Shown: piece after piece, positions 13,552 to 27,461 of the stretch | Layout: the number at the start of each line of letters is the position of its first letter | How positions within the stretch are numbered: position 1 is the stretch's first letter | Origin: Gnetum montanum | Taxonomy: Eukaryota > Plantae > Gnetophyta | Assembly (NCBI GenBank): GCA_015680685.1 | Contig: MNCI01003179.1 | Location: 89,547 to 153,546, forward strand | Length of the DNA stretch: 64,000 bases | Reading direction: 5' to 3' | Notes under the pieces: model-generated | What the model saw: the letters and a program-made list of their open reading frames with translations, nothing else | Told to the model about the DNA's origin: nothing | Databases searched by the model: none | Made by a program: the position numbers and the translations under genes

Positions 13552-14900
13552 TCACAACCGAGATAAATGATCAACAACTACATTCTCAGTGCCCTTGCAA
13601 TCAATCATCGTTAAATCAAACTCTTGTAAGATTACAAGCCATCGTATGATACGAGGGCTTACCATTAGCTTATTCATGAGGAACCAAATTGCACTATGAT
13701 CTGTATGTATATATACTTTATATCCCAATACATAGTGTCTAAACGTTTCTAGTGTAGACACTACAACCATTAATTCTTTCTTTGTGGTAGTGTAGTTAAG
13801 TTGTGCACCAGCGATACTTCTACTTGCATAGTGGATGTAATAAGGACGCTTCTGGTCATATAACTATGTAAGTATAGCTCCTAAAGCATAGTTGGATGCA
13901 TTAGTCATGATATGGAATGGTTTGGACCAGTCAAGAGCTTGTAGAATGGGTGTCTCTACTAGCTTCTGTTTCAGAGTTTGAAAAGCTAATTCGCATTCCC
14001 TAGTCCACTCAAAAGGTACGTCCTTTTTCGTTAATTCCACCAATGGTTTAGCAACCTTTGAAAAGTTCTCAATAAATCTTCTATAGTAGCCAATATGTCC
14101 AAGGAATGACCAAATATCTTTGACAGTTTCTAATTGACGGGTAATTCCTTGGATAATTTTGATTTTCTCAGAGTCTACCTCTATCCCTGTGTATGAGATT
14201 TTGTGCCCTAGTACTATGCCCTCTTGGACCATCAAATGACTTTTCTGCCAATTGAGCCTCAAATTGATTTCTACACATCTTTTTAACACTTGCTCCAACT
14301 GGTCCAAGGCTTGATCAAAGTTTGCTCCATAGGTGGAGAAATCGTCCATAAAGACTCCTACACCATTTCCTATCTGTTGTTGGAAGATGCTTAGAACTAG
14401 TTGTTGAAATGTTGCAGGGGCATTGCACAAGCCAAACGACATCTTTTTGTATGCAAACATTTCCCAAGGACTGGTGAACATAGTCTTGGCTTGGTCTTCT
14501 AGGGCTATTTGGATTTGATTATATCCGCTATATCCATCTAGAAAATTGTAATAGCGATGCCCTGCGATGGTGTCTAAGACTTGGTCAACAAATGCCAATG
14601 GAAAGTGATTTTTGAATGTTGCCATATTTAGTAGCCTGAAATCTATGCACACCCTCCATTTTCCTTCCTTTTTAGGCACAATAACTAAGGGGCTAACTCA
14701 TTCACTATCAGCAATGTGGTAGTGAACCCAGCCTTGAGAAGTTGTTTAATTTCTTCCTTAACTACTTGCTTTAGCTTAGGGTTCAATCGCCTCTACGATT
14801 GTCTTCAAGGCTTCATGGAGGGGTTGGTGTAAATCCTATGTTGGCATATCCTAGGATCTATTCTAGTTAATTCGGGATATGACCAAGCAAAGGCTTTTGA
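13552..14900 (-). pseudogene. Reverse transcriptase and RNase H of element 2
   Basis: WRVCIDFRLLN, FLDGYSGYNQI, MSFGLCNAPATFQ, VFMDDFS, SFLGHIGYYRRFI, NASNYALGAIL; RNase H IHTDHSAI...RWLVILQEFD...ENVVVDHLSRL. Confidence 0.92.
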
Positions 14901-15263
14901 CCATCTATTGATTACCTTCAGCAATTCTTATTTCTGTTGAGCAAGCTTAGCATTGATAATTATCGATTTTCCATTTTTAAGGAATGTGTATTCCATATCG
15001 GAGGGCAATGGTTTCAGTTCGAGGGGCTCCTGCTTAAATTTCTCAAGGATTTCCAACTTCCCCCAGTCGACATTTTCAAGGTTAAGACTTGGAAGTTGGC
15101 GATGGACTTGCTCTAATGCGTCTATGCTATCGATGTAAGTGCAAGTCAAACCCTTAATTGGTTCTATGCATATGAGTGAACTACTTTCTTGATCAACTAT
15201 CAGCCATTGGGTGCCTTCTTGTTGTGTGGTTGTTGCATACAGTCATCTTTGTATGTTGATCAC

Positions 15264-17980
15264 TTATGCACACTGATTGCATGTAGGCAATGTTAAACTT
15301 TGCACAAACCATGACCTCTGCACGCAATTACACCCTGTGTCACTATATGCAATGCACAGAACTTTCTTTTTCTCAATCTTTCCAAATGTATTTTCCTCTA
15401 ATATTTCTAGGGAAAGATCGCGGATTCTCAGGTGTGCATCAATGGTGCTTAGCCATGCTCTTCCCATTATGATTGAGAAGTCCCCCCTACCATTATTTAC
15501 CTGAATCACTAGAAAGTCAGCTGGGTATGACCACCCACAAACAATGGTAACAATGTCTTCCACTAGTCCCAATGGGACAGTGATGGACTAGTCGACCAAC
15601 TCTAGATGGATGTTGCTCTTTTTTAATGGAGGCAAGTTCTAGGCCTTATACATTTCTTGAGAAATCAAGTTGACACCAGTACCTGAATCCAAAAGAGCCT
15701 TGCACAGCACATTTCCAATGATTTGTACGTATATCAAAGGACTCCCAGGATCAGGGAATTTCTGGAAAGGTGGCTAGCTTTGATCCAATCAGTGATGGCA
15801 TGTGTTAGCATGACCGTATGCATTGAGTGCGGTGATTGGGTTGAAGGAGGCTTCGAAGTTTTGATTGATACTGAGGCGTCTAAGGAATTAGCCACTTGTG
15901 ATTGCAAGGGCTTGGTTGGTCTGTTGGTTGTAAAGAAAGGTCTTTTCTTCATGTGGTTGTTGGAACCAACAGTAGGTTGAGAGTTAAAAGCCCTTGTGGC
16001 ATTACGTTGCTATGGCTAGGTAGGGATTTCACCCTGCATAGTTGGAGCAGGTGGTAGTGGAGCTATTGGTGGAAGAGATGCGACTAGATGAGAAGGATGA
16101 TATGCTTGTGAAATATCACCCTTAGAAGAGGGAGTCCCATAATACTCGTGGCTTTGGTAGTGAGGTTGAGGAGTGATGTGACCAATAGAGTCATGTGGGA
16201 AGATTGGCTACTGCACATAATATCCATACGGGTCAGGTTGCCAGTAAGGATACGGTTGCCTTGGTGGTGGCATTCCCTATGATTGTGGGTGCTACCATTG
16301 TTGATATTGCTCAATCAGTTGTGGTGGAGTTCCATTGGGATAATATGTTAAGGGTTGGTGGAACTGCCTTGGGTTACCTTGAGGATAAGGTAGCCTTCAG
16401 GGTGTTTGCCTTTTGTTTAATCATGGGTTGAGTGCATACACCTCAGACTCCTACAAATGTGAGATTACAGGGCAACATCCCTTAGGATGGTCATATTGAC
16501 ATATCTCACATTCACTATCATTGTCTATTTCCAAATCCACAACCTCGTCAATGATGGAAACTTTGCCCTTTCCTTTGCTACGTGCATGTTCAACTTCTCT
16601 CTTTTTTCTTTTTTCATGATCACTACCTTGCTCTCTAGACTCCTCTACTATTTTAAGAACAGTTTGAAATCTATTCTCTAGGGAATCCCACATTTGGTCT
16701 AACTTTGCCAAAACTTTTGATGTCATTTTTTGGATAGGCAAAGTTTTCCTATTCACCATCTCTTCGAGTGGTGACTCTTCTTCATCCTCACAAAATCTTA
16801 CTCCCCTCTTCCAAAGGGAAGGATCTCAATTATACTCTTCTGCACTTTCTCTCCTCCATAGCTCACCTTCTTCCTTAGCAACTTGCTTCAATAGTCTTTA
16901 AATTGAAGGGACCTAAGCTCGGATAGTCTCCCTTGGGCATAAGTCCCAAGGGTTCTTCTCGTTTCATGCCTAAGCCCATCCACAAGATGGTGCAATTGAT
17001 CCCTTTGTGAATAACCATGGCCAGGACAATGATGTAATAGTGCATAATATCGGTCAATGGAAACATCCAAGGGTTCATGTCCTCCTTGTTTCCAGCCCTG
17101 GATTTGCCTTAGCAAGTTAGACACTCAGGAGTACGTTTGGTACTTGTCATTAAATAGTTCTAACATAGTACTCCACCTAAGAATGGATTCTGATTCTAAA
17201 CACCAGTACCAGCTTTTCGCTTCTTTAACTAGTGTCCGTGAAAACAACTTAAATTTTTGCCATTCATTCTCTATATTTTGTAAGGCACACACATCATGGA
17301 ATGCTTGCAAGTGATTCTGAGGATCAGCATTGTATCCCCCTTCAAATTGTGGGATATTGTTCATATCTAATCTCTTGACCCTACTATCCTTCTGGTGCCT
17401 TGTTGGAATTCTAACAGCTTCAATTATGTCCAACATACTTCGAGTAGCGAGTAGGGGTTCATCATGATCATCTCGTCCATAGCATCTATGATGCCTACAT
17501 TGTTCCCTACTCTCCCTTCTTCTATGTCGTGACTCTTTAGAGTGCCCTCGTCCCCTTTCCTGGCTGTTTCGTCTATGACTTCCACTTTGCCTACCTTTAT
17601 CCCCATGGTCTTTTTCTTTATGACTGCATCCAAATATTGAAGGAGAGGGTGAAGGAGATGATGAAGGTGAAGAAGAAGGAGAACCATCACCATGACGGTG
17701 TCTGCTACCTTCTCTTCTGCAGTCTCAACTCCGATCGCGATTGTGATCAAAATGTCCACCTTTATCATGAGTTCATGTCCCTTTTTTGGATCCTTTGTGC
17801 CCATGGGTATTAGGACCTGGGTTATGAATAGTGGAATGAAGGTCTTGATACACAACCCCTTGGCCAAAGTCAAGGGGAGGAACATCATTGTGTGGTCGAC
17901 TGCCTGAGGTAGGTTCACCACCCTCATTTTTGCTTAAGACATGTGGGGCATCCTGGGACCACTTACCCTTCAAAGATTTA
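15264..17980 (-). pseudogene. Gag and aspartic protease of element 2, frameshifted
   Basis: Protease AL-LDSGTGVNLI at ~15665-15700 and GLVEDIV...YPADFLVI...IIMGRAWL. Gag PQFEGG..DPQNHLQAF..C...FKLFSRTL..EAKSW and WKQ..EPL..RY.AL..CPGHG. Confidence 0.82.
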
Positions 17981-17985
17981 TGATG

Positions 17986-18560
17986 TCTCACTTGCCGTAC
18001 ACATCCTGAACCAATGCAACACTACTGGGATTACCAAACGCTAATCATTACCGGGTTACCAAGTGTTACACACATGCTTGAAGTGATCGTACTATGTGTG
18101 CTAATAACAGAAATGTAAAGTGCATAAAATAAAATAAAATAATAAAATAAAATAAATGCAGAAGAAAATAAAATAAAGGAAATGAGTAAGAAAACAAATC
18201 TCAAGTGCTGCAAGGATGAATCCAAGAGCTCGTCTTTATTACCATACACAAGGTGTGCTGAGGTACACAATGCTTGAATAAAAATCCGTCCACACTTAGA
18301 CGTCTTGCTGAGCACTTGGAAAATACTCTAGCTACAAAATTTTCGCTACTTGACTTCTAAAAGACTTCCCTTGAAAGACTTCCTCCCAAGATTCCTCCCT
18401 AAATTGTGCACCTGGGCACTGTATTTTTAAGCTTGGGAGCAACTACTCTAATAATTAGAAAAAACTGCCACTCTAATTTTAGAGAAACTACCACTCTAAT
18501 AATTAGAAAAATTGCCACTCTAATAATTAGAATAAACCACTAGAGTAACTGCTCTCATCA
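17986..18560 (-). repeat. Truncated 5' LTR of element 2
   Basis: Homologous to 9812-10385. About 315 bp of the LTR inner end and the PBS are missing. Confidence 0.85.
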
Positions 18561-19933
18561 ATCTCGTTAAACAAAATAGTATAAAAAGGTGATTTGTTGA
18601 ATTAGTTGTGAATAATTTTAAAATTGGTTATTAGTTGTAATTTCCTACTACCTCCATTATTTAATCTTCATGAAGTCTTATTTTCATTTGACAAATTTCT
18701 CTTTTGATTTTACGCTAATTCATATTATGGAAAAATTTTGAAATAAATAATTCATATTATGCACTTTTAGGATATAAATAGGCATTTGAATCTCGTTAGT
18801 AGTCTAATTTATGCAGGCAACACCTTGAAGGAACCATCATACCTTGAAAAGTTTTGACTTAGTTCTTTCCTTTGACGAAATAATTCAGTATAGTCAATTT
18901 TTAACAAAAATCAATCTCTTGAAATTATATTGGTCATATTTTTTTTTCTACATCCTATCATGAATTTGCTTCATTATGTTTTGACCTCAAGGACTAGTTG
19001 GTTGGTTATCATGATTTGTGCATCTTCTATTTCCATCCTTGAATTTGCTTTCTTATGCTTGATAGGTAGATGTAAGTTTAACACTTTTCATTGAACACCT
19101 CAAGCATGATGCTCCATCTTTGAATAAAGTTCAACTTAAAGATTTGTATTAACTTTTTTCCTTTTTGTCAAAGATCTAGGAAATAATTTTTTAAGGTATA
19201 AGTATCATAGAAAGCTTGTAAAATGATTATGTGAATCAACATTGTAACCTTTCTTAAACTACGATATATTGTTCATACCAAGCCTCTTGATGTGACTTTC
19301 ACATTGATACTTGGCCATGATGTGAACTACCTCTTTAATGTGAATCATGCTTATTGTTGTTAGCAATGATTCATCATCATTGCTCACCTCTAGTATGATT
19401 ATTTTGGATTTTGAGCTAGCACATTTAGATTTGTGTTTAATTGTTTCTCTATACCCTTGTCTTGATCTTTTTCCTTGGTCCTTATTAACTTTTTTCTTTT
19501 CATATTTAGAATCTTTTGATGAAGAATCATCAAAGTCCATGTGTCTACTCTCCATCTATCTTTTTTTCATGTATTTTCCATAGAAATAGCACCCTATCAA
19601 TGTAGCAAGAACTCAGTCTTATGATATAGTCTACAACCAATTGTACAAAAAAATTATGAGATACACAATTCATTGACCCTTTATTGCCTTGATGTTTGGG
19701 AATCCCCTAATATTCAAGTTTTTTGGATCAAAAACCCTTGAATTAAACTACTTCAATATCCTAACATTAAAAATAGGATGCACTTTTAACATATAAGTAA
19801 TCAACTAAATGTTGTAAGTAGTCTGATTATGTAGGCCAAAACCTTGAAGGACCCATCATAATTTCTCAAAACTTTTTGACTTAACTCTTTTATCTATTAA
19901 AATTGGTGAATATAATCCATTTTGAAGAGAAGC

Positions 19934-20745
19934 TGATGAGTGGTGAGGTACCCCTACACTCAACCATATGAATACGAGTGTTACACGTGCGATCCAGTCG
20001 AACTCCACAGATGGACTAGTTGTGGATCTAGATAGTTAGCCTTAGGTCACAGTTCTCTGTCTTCCCACCTAGACTATTATTAGCTTTGTCACGTATGGTT
20101 TAGTCCAGAGTGAGGTGTATGATGGGCTTCTAACCTAATGCTACTCTTGAAGGTAATGGAAAGTAATATTAACTAATCTAGGAGAGAGAGGGTAAGAGAA
20201 TCTAAACTAGCCTAAGTGCGATGAGCATCCATTCCTTGATTATCCGTACACATCTTGAACTTCGTGCATGACTACCACTGGGATTACCAAGTGCAGATCC
20301 TAGGTACACTACTGGGTTACCAAGTAGTCACACTTAAATGCTCATAATCAAGTCATACTCATTCCGCGTTTTAACATGAGTTTAAGGGTGAGAGAGATTA
20401 ACTAGGAAAGCAATAAATAACAATTAAATAACTAATTAAACTAAGTGAATGTTGCAATGATGAAGTAATCTTGATCTTTATTGTCAGTCATGTGCGTGTC
20501 CAAGTACATCACACTCGAATAAAGGATGTCGTACAATTACAATCACCACACTACGGGCATACACTAGGAAATATTCTAACTCTAGAATGATAAAACTGCA
20601 AGAGTCTAGCTAAGGGTCTAAAAACTAGATGCTAGAGTGGGAAATCCGCCTCTTATTTATAGACATTGAGGCAGGTCGCGATATCGCGTATGCAATATCG
20701 CGACTGGCATGCGATATCGCGATCGCCCTAAATGACAACTCATCA
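19934..20745 (-). repeat. 3' LTR of element 3 with GCGATATCGC palindrome array
   Basis: Direct repeat of 27462-28240. TATA on - strand at ~20654-20662; palindromes at ~20677-20725. Confidence 0.9.
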
Positions 20746-21032
20746 TACCCCCACGACTGAATGAAAACTCATCCTTGAGTTACAGTGATTACATAGTGGA
20801 TAGGTATGGGATTATTAGATGGGAAAATGGGATTATGCCGCAGTGTGGAATGAAAACAAAACAAAGACACAACACATAGAATGTTCTACATCTACAAAAA
20901 TTTTGGAACTCATGTAGTTCCAGGTGGCGGTGGCACCTCCATTGGTGCCCTCCCTTTGTCTTGTGCTCCAAGTTTTGAGGCTTGATGGCATTGAAGTATG
21001 GCCTGGAGCTTCTCCTCTTTGATTTGAGGGTC

Positions 21033-23694
21033 TTACGTTGTCCATGCTAATGTTCCAATGTTTGACAGAGTCGGCACTTCCCACGAATAGCGTAGTTGCG
21101 GAAACATTTGATTGGCCTTGACATACCAAGCCGCGAACACCCGTCGTTCGTCCTCATAGGCTCTGGCTTTATCCTTGTACTTTTGAAAATCTGCTAGCCA
21201 TCGAGCCAAGTCTGTTGCGACACCTTTCTGTCCTTGGTAGCTGGCTTTCACCACCTTAAGTTCAGAATTTGCAACTTCCAGTTTCTCCAACAGCTTCTTG
21301 CATTATGGCAAATTTTGCTTTGTATTTGATGTGGGTGGTTGCTACCTACTACTCGAGCTCTATCCTCAGGCACCCTGCTATTAACATGGCAAGGTTGGCA
21401 TATCTCAGATTTGCTAACTCCATTTATTCTATTAAATCCTGAATCTGCAAGTCTCGGCTCTTGACTTCTGCTTGGTGGGCGAAGGCATATGTGTCCAATA
21501 TAGCTCGCCAGTTAGTGTGTTGAGCACTAATAGCATTGATCTGGGCTTTGGCCATATGGATCTCCTTCTCAAGGATTTATTTGTACATCCCCACCTGATC
21601 TCGGAAGTGCTCCTTCAGCTTTTCATGCCGTTTAGCCTCATTTTGCCACGCGCTTATCTCAATAGCTGACTTTTGATGAATGGCGCGTACCTCCTCCATC
21701 GAGAGGGTTCGATTTTCTCTAGCTAAACAACTTACATCTCGGTTGACTTGGATGAATTATTCTCGTAATTGATGGAAGTGTTCCTCGAGAACATTCTTTT
21801 GCTTTTCCACAGTGGTCAACCAAAGGTTGTCTGCAACGAGCTACTTTTTTTCTTCTTGTAAGGCCTTGAGTGCCTTGGTATGCGCATGAGTTTGCGCCTA
21901 TGCTGCGGAGGCATCCCAAATAGCCTTCTCTTTTTCATCAGCCACCTTTTTATTGTCCACTATTAGTTTGGTTAGTTGCTTAGTTGTAAAATTATCTAGT
22001 TGGTTTGCAAGAACAAATTGCAAAGGGTCTCGCTGTGCTGCTTGTAAGGCCACAAGCTGCTCTTGTAGTTTTTGCACTTCCGCTTCAACATGCTCCCCTC
22101 ACTTCTATTAAGACCAGCTTCCCCTTTGTGGAAATGAGGTCTGACTGAATTGCTGTAACATCCTGAGAGATGTCAAACAAGGACGTCATTACTTGCCCTG
22201 TTTGGAGCAATTGATCAAGTGCATCCTCATGTTCCACAGGAGTCATTAAGGTTTCGGCCAAAGTTTGAGCATCCCGTGCTCCTATGAAATCTGTCGGTGG
22301 CACAACAGGTACGTTGAAGGATTCTTTGATGTGGTCCATGACCACTTCTGCAACCCCCACGACATTCTGGTGTTGCATGACCACCACAGTGGCCCCTTCA
22401 CCAATTTCTAATTGCACCTAGAAAGATGTCACATTTCCTGAGATCTGCTGTGACCATCTACTTTCCCCTCCTCTTGTGTGAATAGATACTTCCCCCCTTA
22501 TGCAATCCAATGAAATAGTAGGCTGAATGGCATCATTGATGACGCGGAAGAGGTTTGCATCATCACGGCTTCCCCAACCGACCGTCTCAGCAATGGCCCT
22601 AAGATGGCTCATCGACGATCTGTAGTCTTGCGGTGGCTATTGATCCTGGCCTGTGCTGGGCCCTGCTTCCTATTGTTGGCTAGGACCCATGCTTAGAGGT
22701 TGGCTGGGTCCTGCAAGTGGAGTTGTAGTTGGTCCAGCCATATGTTCTTCTTCTTGTTCTAGTCCCAGCTCTTCGCCAGTGCTTTTCCTTGGAGCTGGCG
22801 CCTTTAGCAATTCAGCATATAAAGTAGTTTGGGCTTTTCGAAGGACATCATTGATGTACCCCTGAATACTAGCACGTTGGCAAAGCTTTCTGATAAGACA
22901 AGGGAAAGGCAGCGCCATCTTCCCTATTTTCCATTCCTCGAATCGCCTCAAGATCTCTGTTAAATATAGATGGGGCAGGTTAGCGGTAACCTTTCCCATT
23001 AGCACTACACATCCTCTAGCTACATATGTTGATATTCTTTTCAAAGCCTTCGTGGGGAAGAGGTGATATGTTCCAATTTTAAAGTAAATCCTCTCTTCCA
23101 TCATCAACTCACCAAATGTTTTATCTCTGCCATAAGCCTTCTCCAACCAATCCCGTCGCACATCAAGGTCAGAACGGGTGGATAACTGAGCAACTTTAGG
23201 CCCTGTATTTGGGAGGTTTAACACTTCCGAAATGGCCTATGTGGAGAAATCAATTGTCACACCACAAATATTAATAGTGGTGCCTTGCTCCCTATTGTGC
23301 CAAAATTGGTACATCTCACCTAGGTACCAAGCACCGCTTTCAGAGAGGGTAGGCCATAATGGGGATCCTTTGAGGTGATCCCTAACGGCCTCAGGAGTGA
23401 ACTCTACAAAAGATTCGAAGTTCAATTCCACAATCACCAAATGAATGTGGACTTTTCATGGATGGCCTGAACACAATCTTGGGTCAACGTGAGATGTTGT
23501 CCTCGTCCAAGCGCTACAACAGCTCCTCCTTCTGCCTGCCTGGACCATATGGTAGGAGGATCTTCTTGATGAATGTTGAATGATTGTTCCTCCTGTTCTG
23601 CATGTTGTCCAGCAGGATCTTGTCTACCACCTCTCCAAGGTCGTTTATTTCCACCTTGAGGATGACCTTCCTGTTGTCCACATTTCGGGGCCAT
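21033..23694 (-). pseudogene. Athila accessory ('env-like' / putative plant transposon protein, Transposase_32-like) ORF with C-terminal coiled coil, ~880 codons, disrupted
   Basis: ORF pieces 23237-23440, 22670-23224, 22418-22612 and 22085-22417 are all in one frame, separated by stops, with frameshifts at each end. Motifs MYQFWHN...INICGVTIDFS..ISEVLNLP and LPFPCLIRKLCQRA resemble the Athila extra-ORF family. The C-terminus has E/K/L/Q heptad character. Confidence 0.72.
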
Positions 23695-24149
23695 CTACAA
23701 TCACACGAGGTCAAATGTTAGTAAGGTTGTTTTTGAAGTTAAGTTATACCTTACTACTTGCCTTAATTAATGATCTTATATTATCACGTGTGATATTGCC
23801 TGAAAAACTGTAATAATGAGTCTTGTGACTTAGGTGGTTTTCTCAATTTTAGTTTCCCGGTATACCTAGGGGTTAAATGATTTTTAGGCACAATTATTCT
23901 AAGTGTTATAGTTAATTACCCTAAATGATGTCTTTTGGACAATGATAAATTCCAAAAAAGTTAGGTGCTTTTCGGCAGATGACCCTCCCCTGGGTTCAAG
24001 TAGGTTCAGACGGAATTAAAATCGGAGTACCAGCAAGCGAGATATAATTAGAAAGGTAAGGGTCGCTCAATCACAAGTCATAGAAAAAAAATTCGAAAAC
24101 TCCCTCGTGTGAATGACAAAAATGATGCTAAGTGTTGCGGGGGGATCAC

Positions 24150-24241
24150 CTATTTATAGGTTATGGGGACGCAATATCACGTACGATACATCGCGTCCGC
24201 GATATCACGTTGGCTGTGATATTGCGTATGCGATATCACGG
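24150..24241 (-). promoter_or_regulatory. Putative internal promoter of the accessory ORF (TATA plus GCGATATCGC-like array)
   Basis: CTATAAATAG on - strand at 24150-24159, preceded by 4-5 degenerate GCGATATCRC units. This is the same layout as the LTR promoter. Confidence 0.55.
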
Positions 24242-26398
24242 CCCTAGTGGCATGAGGCACAACAAAAATACTGAATTTTTAAAGGATTTTCTTGAAATCA
24301 ATGTTATAAGCTAAGGACATTGGGCTATTATGAAGGAGTTCTAGGGTAATTCCATTAATTTGAAAGACACAATTAATGATGATGGTGTGGATTTTATCAA
24401 TAAAACCTCGGATGGGAGAAAAAGGCTATGTAATGGTACATAGGAACGTGAAAATTCATAGGGATAATAGTAGGGAAAGAAAATCGTTTGAAAATTATGC
24501 TGAGGGTAAGAAATGGTGTGTGTGAGCTATGTCATAAGTGAAGATTACAAAAGATCACACAAGTGGGTCCTCCCCAAGGCAAGTTTCAACCTATAATGCC
24601 CTTATGTAACCACACTTAAAGTGTCCGTGGGCACTAGAAGGGTTAGATGTAATCCGCACTAACTCCACAAAACACACACATGTAAATGTCACCGGAATGA
24701 GGTAAGAATTCTATGTTACACACGACACGAGCCACAATTACATGAACAGTGAGATGAGACGAAGTATAGAAGGGATCGTAGAGATTGGGACATGAGGTAA
24801 TTGACCCAGGGCATAGTGAATCCTGCATGTAAAGCATGATTAAGGTGTCATTAACCCATCGTTCCAATATTAGGACCAAGTCCATTCTTCTAATCAGTGA
24901 CATCGCATTGTTTCATCCCATGATGAGCAACTATGAGAGTATCATAACAACAAGGCGTATGATCACTTGGCGTTTTGTTCAAGCGAGGAGTGATTTTTGT
25001 TTTGTGGCACTTTTCTTTTTCTCTTTTTTTTTCTTCTCTTTTTTTTCTTTTCAAATACTGAATCCAAAGAAGCATCCAACCTTTAAGCATAGATGCATGT
25101 CTTTCCAGTGGGACCCCCCTAGAACAGCATTAGATTTTTGAGTGCCCGTTTGATTACATTTACTCCCATTTTTCATTAGATCTACAAGTATCTTAGTACA
25201 ACCACATTGCATGATAAATCCCACAAACGTCACCAAAGAGAATCCGCAAGTCCCTTTGATGTCACACCCTAATCATTCCCTCTTGCTCCATCCTTCTTCA
25301 TACTGGGTACAATGAACACAAAATTAATTTTAAGTTTTAAAAATGTCAAGAATATCACTGTACCCTCGAACAGAACCTCTTATTTGTAGAATGGATGAGT
25401 GTGTGTAATGGGCTCACTATCCAAATAATTGCTCACTCGAGACACAACAACATAGAACACACCTCAACCAACGATCCACATGAGTGTTTTATTCNNNNNN
25501 NNNNNNNNNNNNNNNNNNNNNNNNNNNNNNNNNNNNNNNNNNNNNNNNNNNNNNNNNNNNNNNNNNNNNNNNNNNNNNNNNNNNNNNNNNNNNNNNNNNN
25601 NNNNNNNNNNNNNNNNNNNNNNNNNNNNNNNNNNNNNNNNNNNNNNNNNNNNNNNNNNNNNNNNNNNNNNNNNNNNNNNNNNNNNNNNNNNNNNNNNNNN
25701 NNNNNNNNNNNNNNNNNNNNNNNNNNNNNNNNNNNNNNNNNNNNNNNNNNNNNNNNNNNNNNNNNNNNNNNNNNNNNNNNNNNNNNNNNNNNNNNNNNNN
25801 NNNNNNNNNNNNNNNNNNNNNNNNNNNNNNNNNNNNNNNNNNNNNNNNNNNNNNNNNNNNNNNNNNNNNNNNNNNNNNNNNNNNNNNNNNNNNNNNNNNN
25901 NNNNNNNNNNNNNNNNNNNNNNNNNNNNNNNNNNNNNNNNNNNNNNNNNNNNNNNNNNNNNNNNNNNNNNNNNNNNNNNNNNNNNNNNNNNNNNNNNNNN
26001 NNNNNNNNNNNNNNNNNNNNNNNNNNNNNNNNNNNNNNNNNNNNNNNNNNNNNNNNNNNNNNNNNNNNNNNNNNNNNNNNNNNNNNNNNNNNNNNNNNNN
26101 NNNNNNNNNNNNNNNNNNNNNNNNNNNNNNNNNNNNNNNNNNNNNNNNNNNNNNNNNNNNNNNNNNNNNNNNNNNNNNNNNNNNNNNNNNNNNNNNNNNN
26201 NNNNNNNNNNNNNNNNNNNNNNNNNNNNNNNNNNNNNNNNNNNNNNNNNNNNNNNNNNNNNNNNNNNNNNNNNNNNNNNNNNNNNNNNNNNNNNNNNNNN
26301 NNNNNNNNNNNNNNNNNNNNNNNNNNNNGCTCTTATTTTCCTTATTCCTTCTTTCTGATTGTCTAATGTGTTGTCCTACTTCTTGGGTTGTCAAAACT

Positions 26399-26984
26399 CT
26401 ATCTCCAATAACATTGATAAATTATCCACTTTTGATACGTCCATTCCAACATCTTATTAATCTTTGCCTCGGCTTCTTCTAATGATTGTTGTATCGGCAA
26501 AGATGGTTCTTTCTCTTTATGATTGATTGATTTCTCCTTTTTATGATCATGGACCTTTGTTAAGTTGTGATTTTGGTCCCGTTGATGTTTTTCAACACTC
26601 TCCCATCTAGCCATTTCTCCTTCTTCTTTTGCTACCCTCTTAACAAGCTCTTGGACTTGATGAGTTCGTAGTTCGTATAGTTGACCTTGGGCATACATTC
26701 CTAAGGTCTCTCTTGTTGCATCATGAAGCCCATCAATGATATGGTACATTAGCCTTTCCTCGGAAAACCCATGGCCTAGACAGTTGTTTAACAATGCATA
26801 ATATCTTTCTAAGGCCATGTCCAAGGGTTCATGTTGTGCTTGTTTCCATCCTTGGATTTGTTTCCTCAAGGCTGACACTCTTGCGTAGGTTTGATATTTT
26901 TCGTTAAAGACTTCTACCATTGTTGACCAACATCGTATTGAATTTGGTTTCAACGATCTATACCATACTTTTGCTTGGCCAACG
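26399..26984 (-). pseudogene. Gag fragment of element 3 (between N gaps)
   Basis: WSTMVEVFNEKYQTY..IQGWKQ..EPLD..RYYALL..GHG..DGL...YAQG aligns directly with element 2 gag (~16890-17200). Confidence 0.85.
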
Positions 26985-27461
26985 NNNNNNNNNNNNNNNN
27001 NNNNNNNNNNNNNNNNNNNNNNNNNNNNNNNNNNNNNNNNNNNNNNNNNNNNNNNNNNNNNNNNNNNNNNNNNNNNNNNNNNNNNNNNNNNNNNNNNNNN
27101 NNNNNNNNNNNNNNNNNNNNNNNNNNNNNNNNNNNNNNNNNNNNNNNNNNNNNNNNNNNNNNNNNNNNNNNNNNNNNNNNNNNNNNNNNNNNNNNNNNNN
27201 NNNNNNNNNNNNNNNNNNNNNNNNNNNNNNNNNNNNNNNNNNNNNNNNNNNNNNNNNNNNNNNNNNNNNNNNNNNNNNNNNNNNNNNNNNNNNNNNNNNN
27301 NNNNNNNNNNNNNNNNNNNNNNNNNNGAAATTGTGTGTGAATTTATATGTGACTTTTAATAATTATTTCTTTTTAAAAGATATATCGTTAAGTCCTTTAC
27401 AGCGACCTTGTATGATATAATTAATCTAGATAACTAGCACCGTCCCCGGCAACGGCGCCAA

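Larger units (their letters stand above)
9495..18560 (-). mobile_element. Athila-type Ty3/gypsy LTR retrotransposon with gag-PR-RT-RH-INT (disrupted); 5' LTR partly deleted
   Basis: Left LTR 9495-10385 (TG mutated to TA); right LTR remnant 17986-18560 ending CATCA. TSD ATCTT/ATCTC. Athila-like pre-PPT motif CTCGAGGACAAG...GTGGGGGTA on - strand at ~10386-10419. Domain order on - strand is gag, PR, RT, RH, INT (gypsy order). Confidence 0.9.
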
